From an uncultured Chloroflexia bacterium (GTDB lineage Bacteria > Chloroflexota > Anaerolineae > JAAYZQ01): 64,000 nucleotides of DNA. Positions 59,987 through 64,000 of this stretch are shown here, piece by piece. The position numbers and the translations under genes are program-made. The notes beneath the pieces are model-generated. The model was not told where the DNA came from. It saw only the letters and a program-made list of their open reading frames with translations, and did no database searches. Location: the NCBI GenBank assembly GCA_963700285.1, contig CAVOXA010000014.1:1-64000 (forward strand). The letters run 5' to 3'. Each line of letters begins with the position of its first letter. Position 1 is the first letter of the stretch.

Positions 59987-61393
59987 ATGTCTGAAACAAC
60001 ATACGACGTCGTCGTGCTTGGCGCGGGACCCGGTGGGTACGTGGCCGCCATCCGTGCGGCACAACTGGGGCTCAAGGTCGCCCTTGTCGAGAAGGAATAC
60101 CTGGGCGGGGTGTGCCTCAACTGGGGCTGCATCCCCACCAAGGCGCTGCTGCGCAACGCGGAGGTCGTCTCGCTGCTGGGCGAGGGCAAGGAGTTTGGCT
60201 TTAGCCTGTCCGGCATTGAGATCGACTTTGGCGCGGCCGTGGACCGCAGCCGCAAGGTATCCGATCGCCTGGTCAAGGGCGTCGGCACGCTGATGCGCAA
60301 GAACAAGGTCGAGGTGGTCGAGGGGACCGCCGCTGCTCAAAATCGGCCCAGGACGTCCAGGTGGCGCTGAACGCAGGGGGCACGCGCAACCTGCATACGC
60401 GCAACATCATCATCGCCACGGGCGGGCAAGCGCGAAGCATCCCCGGGGTCACACCCGATGGCGAGCGCGTGTTGACCTACCGCGAGGCCATCGTGCTCCG
60501 CGATCTGCCCGCTTCGGCCGTCATCGTCGGGGCGGGACCGATTGGGATGGAGTTTGCCCACGTCTGGCAGCACCTATGGCGCGGATGTCACCGTCGTCGA
60601 GATGCTGCCCCGGGTGCTGCCCCTGGAGGACGAGGAGGTCAGCACCGTCGTGGAGCGCGCTTTCAAGCGGCGCAAGGTCAAGCTGCTGACCGGCACCCGG
60701 GTAGAGGGCATCGAGCCCGCGGCCGGCGGCGTTGCAGGTCCGCGTGGCCAACGACGAAGGGCGAGCAGGTGCTGGAGGCCGAACGGGTGCTGATCGCCAT
60801 CGGCGTGCAGCCCAACAGCGCGAACTTGGGCCTGGAAAGCATCGGCGTGCAAGACCGAGCGGGGCAACATCGTTGTGGACGAGTCAGATGCGCACCAACG
60901 TGCCCGGCGTGTATGCCATCGGCGACGTGACCGGCAAACTGGCCCTGGCCCACGTCGCCTCCGCTCAGGGTATCGTCGCCGCGGAAACCATCGCCGGGAC
61001 CAAAACACAGACGCTGGACTACGAGGCCATGCCCCGCTGCACCTACTGCCAGCCGCAGGTGGCCAGCTTTGGCCTCACCGAGGCGCAGGCGGTCGAGCGC
61101 GGCCACGAGGTCAAGGTGGGCCGAGTTCCCCTTCCTGGCCAGCGGCAAGGCGCTGGCCCTCGGCGAGCGGGATGGCTTTGTCAAGATCGTGGCCGACTCT
61201 GTTCAGCGGCGAGATCCTGGGCGCCCACCTGGTCGGGCCCGAGGTGACCGAACTGCTGCCCGAGCTGGTGCTGGCCCGCAATTGGGAGCTGACGCCCGAG
61301 GAGATCGCGCGCAGCGTCCACGCCCACCCGACACTGAGCGAGGCGGTGATGGAGGCCGCGCACGACGTCTTTGGCAGCGCCATTCACGCTTGA
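59987..61393 (+). CDS. lpdA: Dihydrolipoyl dehydrogenase E3 (multiple frameshifts)
   Basis: [47 protein letters not shown]. Confidence 0.92.
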
Positions 61394-61409
61394 TGGTGAG
61401 TCAGCAATG

Positions 61410-61526
61410 GTTCGTAGTAGGCGCTTCAGCGCCGTGAAAAAGTGCGCTGAATCATGTCCAATCCGCTCATTCAAGGACCCTGAGGCTGCGGGAAACCGGC
61501 ACTGCGCTGCCCGGCACCTCAGGGTC
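61410..61526. repeat. Dispersed REP copy plus a hairpin downstream of lpdA
   Basis: GTTCGTAGTAGGCGCTTCAGCGCCGT identical to the 39.8-kb array REP; stem GACCCTGAGG/CCTCAGGGTC at 61476-61526. Confidence 0.75.
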
Positions 61527-61704
61527 TCTTCGCTCCCTGGCCCCGTTGCTCGTTACGGAATCGGGTTCACCACTTGCTCGCAACCGGCCCGTGACCGGTT
61601 GCACCAGCCTGAGACCATTAGAAAACATCTGGTCACGGACCAGACTTGAGCAGAAGAGAGCCAGGGTACGTCATGTGAATGGTGACCAGGATCGACCGCC
61701 CGTC

Positions 61705-62937
61705 ATGGATCCAGCACCAGTAGAAGCCACTAGGGATGATGCGTCCTTGATGCCCAACCGAAGCATCCTGGGCCTGGTCCAGGGCCGCCGCCCCCTGCTG
61801 GCCCTGTACATCGTCGTCGCCCTGTTGTTCTGGATGTGCCTCTACCTTTACGCCCCAACCCTGCCCACCTACGCCCAGACCAAGACCGGCAGTCTGGCCT
61901 CGGTGGGTATCATCCTGGCCCAATACGGCCTGTGGCAGGCCATCATCCGCCTGCCGGTGGGCATCGCCGCCGACTGGCTGGGACGGCGCAAGCCCTTTAT
62001 CATTATCGGACTGGTTCTGGCGGGTCTGGGCGCCTGGCTGATGGGTTCCGCCAGCACGGCCTGGGGCCTGGGCGTCGGTCGGGCCATCACCGGGTTGGGA
62101 GCCGCCACCTGGGTGCCCCTCATCACCGTCTTTAGCAGCCTCTTTCCCGCCCAGGACGCCGTGCAGGCCACAGCCCTGCTCAGCGCCATAGGCTCCGTGG
62201 GTCGCGTGGCCGCCACCGGTGTGACCGGCTCGCTCAACCTGCGGGGCGGTTATTCGCTGGCCTTCTACCTAGCGGCCGCCATCGCGGGCCTGGCCGCCCT
62301 GCTCGTGCTGCCGGCGCGTGAAAAGGTCCATCCACCACGGATACCCTCCGTGGAAGGCATCGGGCAAGTGATTACGCGCCGCGACGTGCTGCTACCCTCC
62401 CTGCTTGCTGCCGTCGTACAGTACGAAATCTGGGCTGTCACTTTCAGCTTTATGCCCATCCTGGCCAATAGACTGGGGGCCACGGACGTCTCGCAGAGCA
62501 TGCTGATGAGCCTGCACGTGGGACTGGTCGCCCTGGGCAGCTTCTCGGCGGCGGCCGTTGTCAGCCGCCTGGGCGCCCTGCGCCTGGTCTATATCACCTT
62601 CTTTCTCCTCGCAGCCGGGACGGCGCTGACGGCCTTGGCCCCCACGCTGGCCGTCGTCTTTGTCGCCCAGTTTCTCCTGGGCGTGGGCCGGGGGCTGGGC
62701 TATCCGGTACTGATGGGGCTGAGCATCCGCGACGTGGCCGACGAGCAGAGAACGACGGCCATGGGGCTTCACCAATCGGTCTACTCAGTGGGCATGTTCG
62801 CCGGCCCCTGGCTCAGCGGTCTCATGGCCGACGCCATGGGCATCCGTCCCATGCTGGGCCTGACGGCCACGGTCTGTCTGGCCGCTGCGCTGTTACTCAT
62901 CCGCCTGCTGCCGGCGAACCAGGCCAATCACAGATAG
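61705..62937 (+). CDS. MFS transporter
   Basis: About 12 TM helices, GIAADWLGRRK motif A, GRAITGLG; start uncertain (61705 or 61750). Confidence 0.85.
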   Translation: MDPAPVEATRDDASLMPNRSILGLVQGRRPLLALYIVVALLFWMCLYLYAPTLPTYAQTKTGSLASVGIILAQYGLWQAIIRLPVGIAADWLGRRKPFIIIGLVLAGLGAWLMGSASTAWGLGVGRAITGLGAATWVPLITVFSSLFPAQDAVQATALLSAIGSVGRVAATGVTGSLNLRGGYSLAFYLAAAIAGLAALLVLPAREKVHPPRIPSVEGIGQVITRRDVLLPSLLAAVVQYEIWAVTFSFMPILANRLGATDVSQSMLMSLHVGLVALGSFSAAAVVSRLGALRLVYITFFLLAAGTALTALAPTLAVVFVAQFLLGVGRGLGYPVLMGLSIRDVADEQRTTAMGLHQSVYSVGMFAGPWLSGLMADAMGIRPMLGLTATVCLAAALLLIRLLPANQANHR

Positions 62938-62990
62938 TCGTAAATGGACGGCAGGCTCTCTACGCGCTTCGGGCGCCGCCCAGCAGGGAT

Positions 62991-63046
62991 TTGCACCTAC
63001 ACGACTACTGTGGTATACTCTCCTTACTAATCGATTAGTAAGGAGA
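62991..63046 (+). promoter_or_regulatory. TetR promoter with a 28-bp perfect palindromic operator
   Basis: TTGCAC-N17-TATACT (extended TG), then TCTCCTTACTAATCGATTAGTAAGGAGA (63019-63046). Confidence 0.8.
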
Positions 63047-63050
63047 CGGT

Positions 63051-63620
63051 ATGAGCGAGGCGTATTCTCTCCAAGCCTTGATTATCGAAAACGCCGGCGA
63101 GCTGTTCCGAGAACGAGGCTATGCGGCGACGACGATCAAGCAGATCGCCGAGGCTTCTGGCTGTACCACAGCTGCCCTCTACTACCATTTTGAGGATGGC
63201 AAGCAGCACATCCTGCGCGAGGTTATCCACAGTTCAACCCAAGAGGCAGATCTATCGATGCGCCTGCCCCAGGCTGACAGCCTGGAGGAGTTCCTGGTCA
63301 AGTTGGGCGCGAACATGGCTGAGAGATTCCCCAAAGTAGCCGACCGGATCAACTGGATCATGCTACAGTTTGCCACCCTACCCGACGAAGAGAAGCAGAT
63401 CGTCCAGAACCAGGTGATCGGCATCCAACTCGCGCTCAAAGAACGGATCAGCCAGTACGTGGCAGACAAAGCAACGGCAGAGCGGTTGGCCTGGTTGGTA
63501 TTTTCCTCCTTTCTCGGCTACCAGCAGATGTTCACCAAGCTAGAGATCGCGGGGACAGTGGACCTGAGTATCGACGAGTATGGTGGGTTTATGGCCCAAG
63601 TCATACACCGGGGCCTGTGA
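63051..63620 (+). CDS. TetR/AcrR-family transcriptional regulator
   Basis: ELFRERGY..TTIKQIA..SGCT..ALYYHF..GK. Confidence 0.9.
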   Translation: MSEAYSLQALIIENAGELFRERGYAATTIKQIAEASGCTTAALYYHFEDGKQHILREVIHSSTQEADLSMRLPQADSLEEFLVKLGANMAERFPKVADRINWIMLQFATLPDEEKQIVQNQVIGIQLALKERISQYVADKATAERLAWLVFSSFLGYQQMFTKLEIAGTVDLSIDEYGGFMAQVIHRGL

Positions 63621-63780
63621 GCAGTTCTCTTTTCGGATATGCCCTCTGTCTCGCGAGTTGCCCTTTTCGTGAAATGGAGATTGTGCGATGAAAAAGACCC
63701 TCCATCGATGGAGTGAGTTCGAGACGGAGAGGATGAAACCAACGGCCAGAAGCTTTTCCCATAGACTACGAGAGAAGATG

Positions 63781-64000
63781 ATGAGTAACCCTTTCTTCGA
63801 CATGTACCGTCAGGAGGACCAGATCACCGAACTGCCGGGCGTGTACCGCTGGACCGAGGATTCGCCCGTACGCTTTGAAATCATGAAAGAGAGGATGAAG
63901 CGTGGCGATGGTGGTCCTGGTGGCTTCAGGAGCATGAGCATCATGGCGCCCACGATGCTGGGCATGAGGGAATCGCTCAGATCGGTGGGCAAGAACCCGG
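63781..64000 (+). CDS. Partial CDS running off the window end, function unknown
   Basis: Open frame MSNPFFDMYRQEDQITELPGVYRW... to the end of the window. Confidence 0.5.
   Translation, partial: MSNPFFDMYRQEDQITELPGVYRWTEDSPVRFEIMKERMKRGDGGPGGFRSMSIMAPTMLGMRESLRSVGKNP

Overview
GC-rich bacterial DNA, probably an anaerobic Chloroflexota (Anaerolineae-like) genome. This is inferred from the gene content, the PTEAP-rich lipoprotein linker and the Gram-positive-type SOS box. Many ordinary genes are split by single-base indels, most simply long-read consensus errors. Most of the window is catabolic. It holds a minus-strand peptide-ABC operon with a non-pyrrolysine MttB methyltransferase and two amidohydrolases, two separate 2-oxoacid/acetoin dehydrogenase-like clusters, amino-acid and guanidino enzymes, and an amino-sugar module. 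Two loci stand out. (1) 52902-55729 (-) is a five-gene operon with a near-consensus promoter overlapped by a GAAC-N4-GTTC LexA box. It encodes a LexA DNA-binding-domain-only protein, a Cys-rich protein, a bare FtsK motor, a small unknown protein and a two-TM membrane protein, and is a candidate DNA-damage-induced DNA translocation system. (2) 24167-35043 (+) is a tightly coupled operon of three large unannotated proteins: an Fn3-like scaffold, a protein with an L,D-transpeptidase-like motif, and a long beta-strand-rich protein. It is a candidate export/effector system. Also present are a 168-bp REP-built tandem array, other palindromic repeats and a stand-alone ChW-triplet protein. No rRNA, tRNA, CRISPR array, integrase or transposase was recognised.
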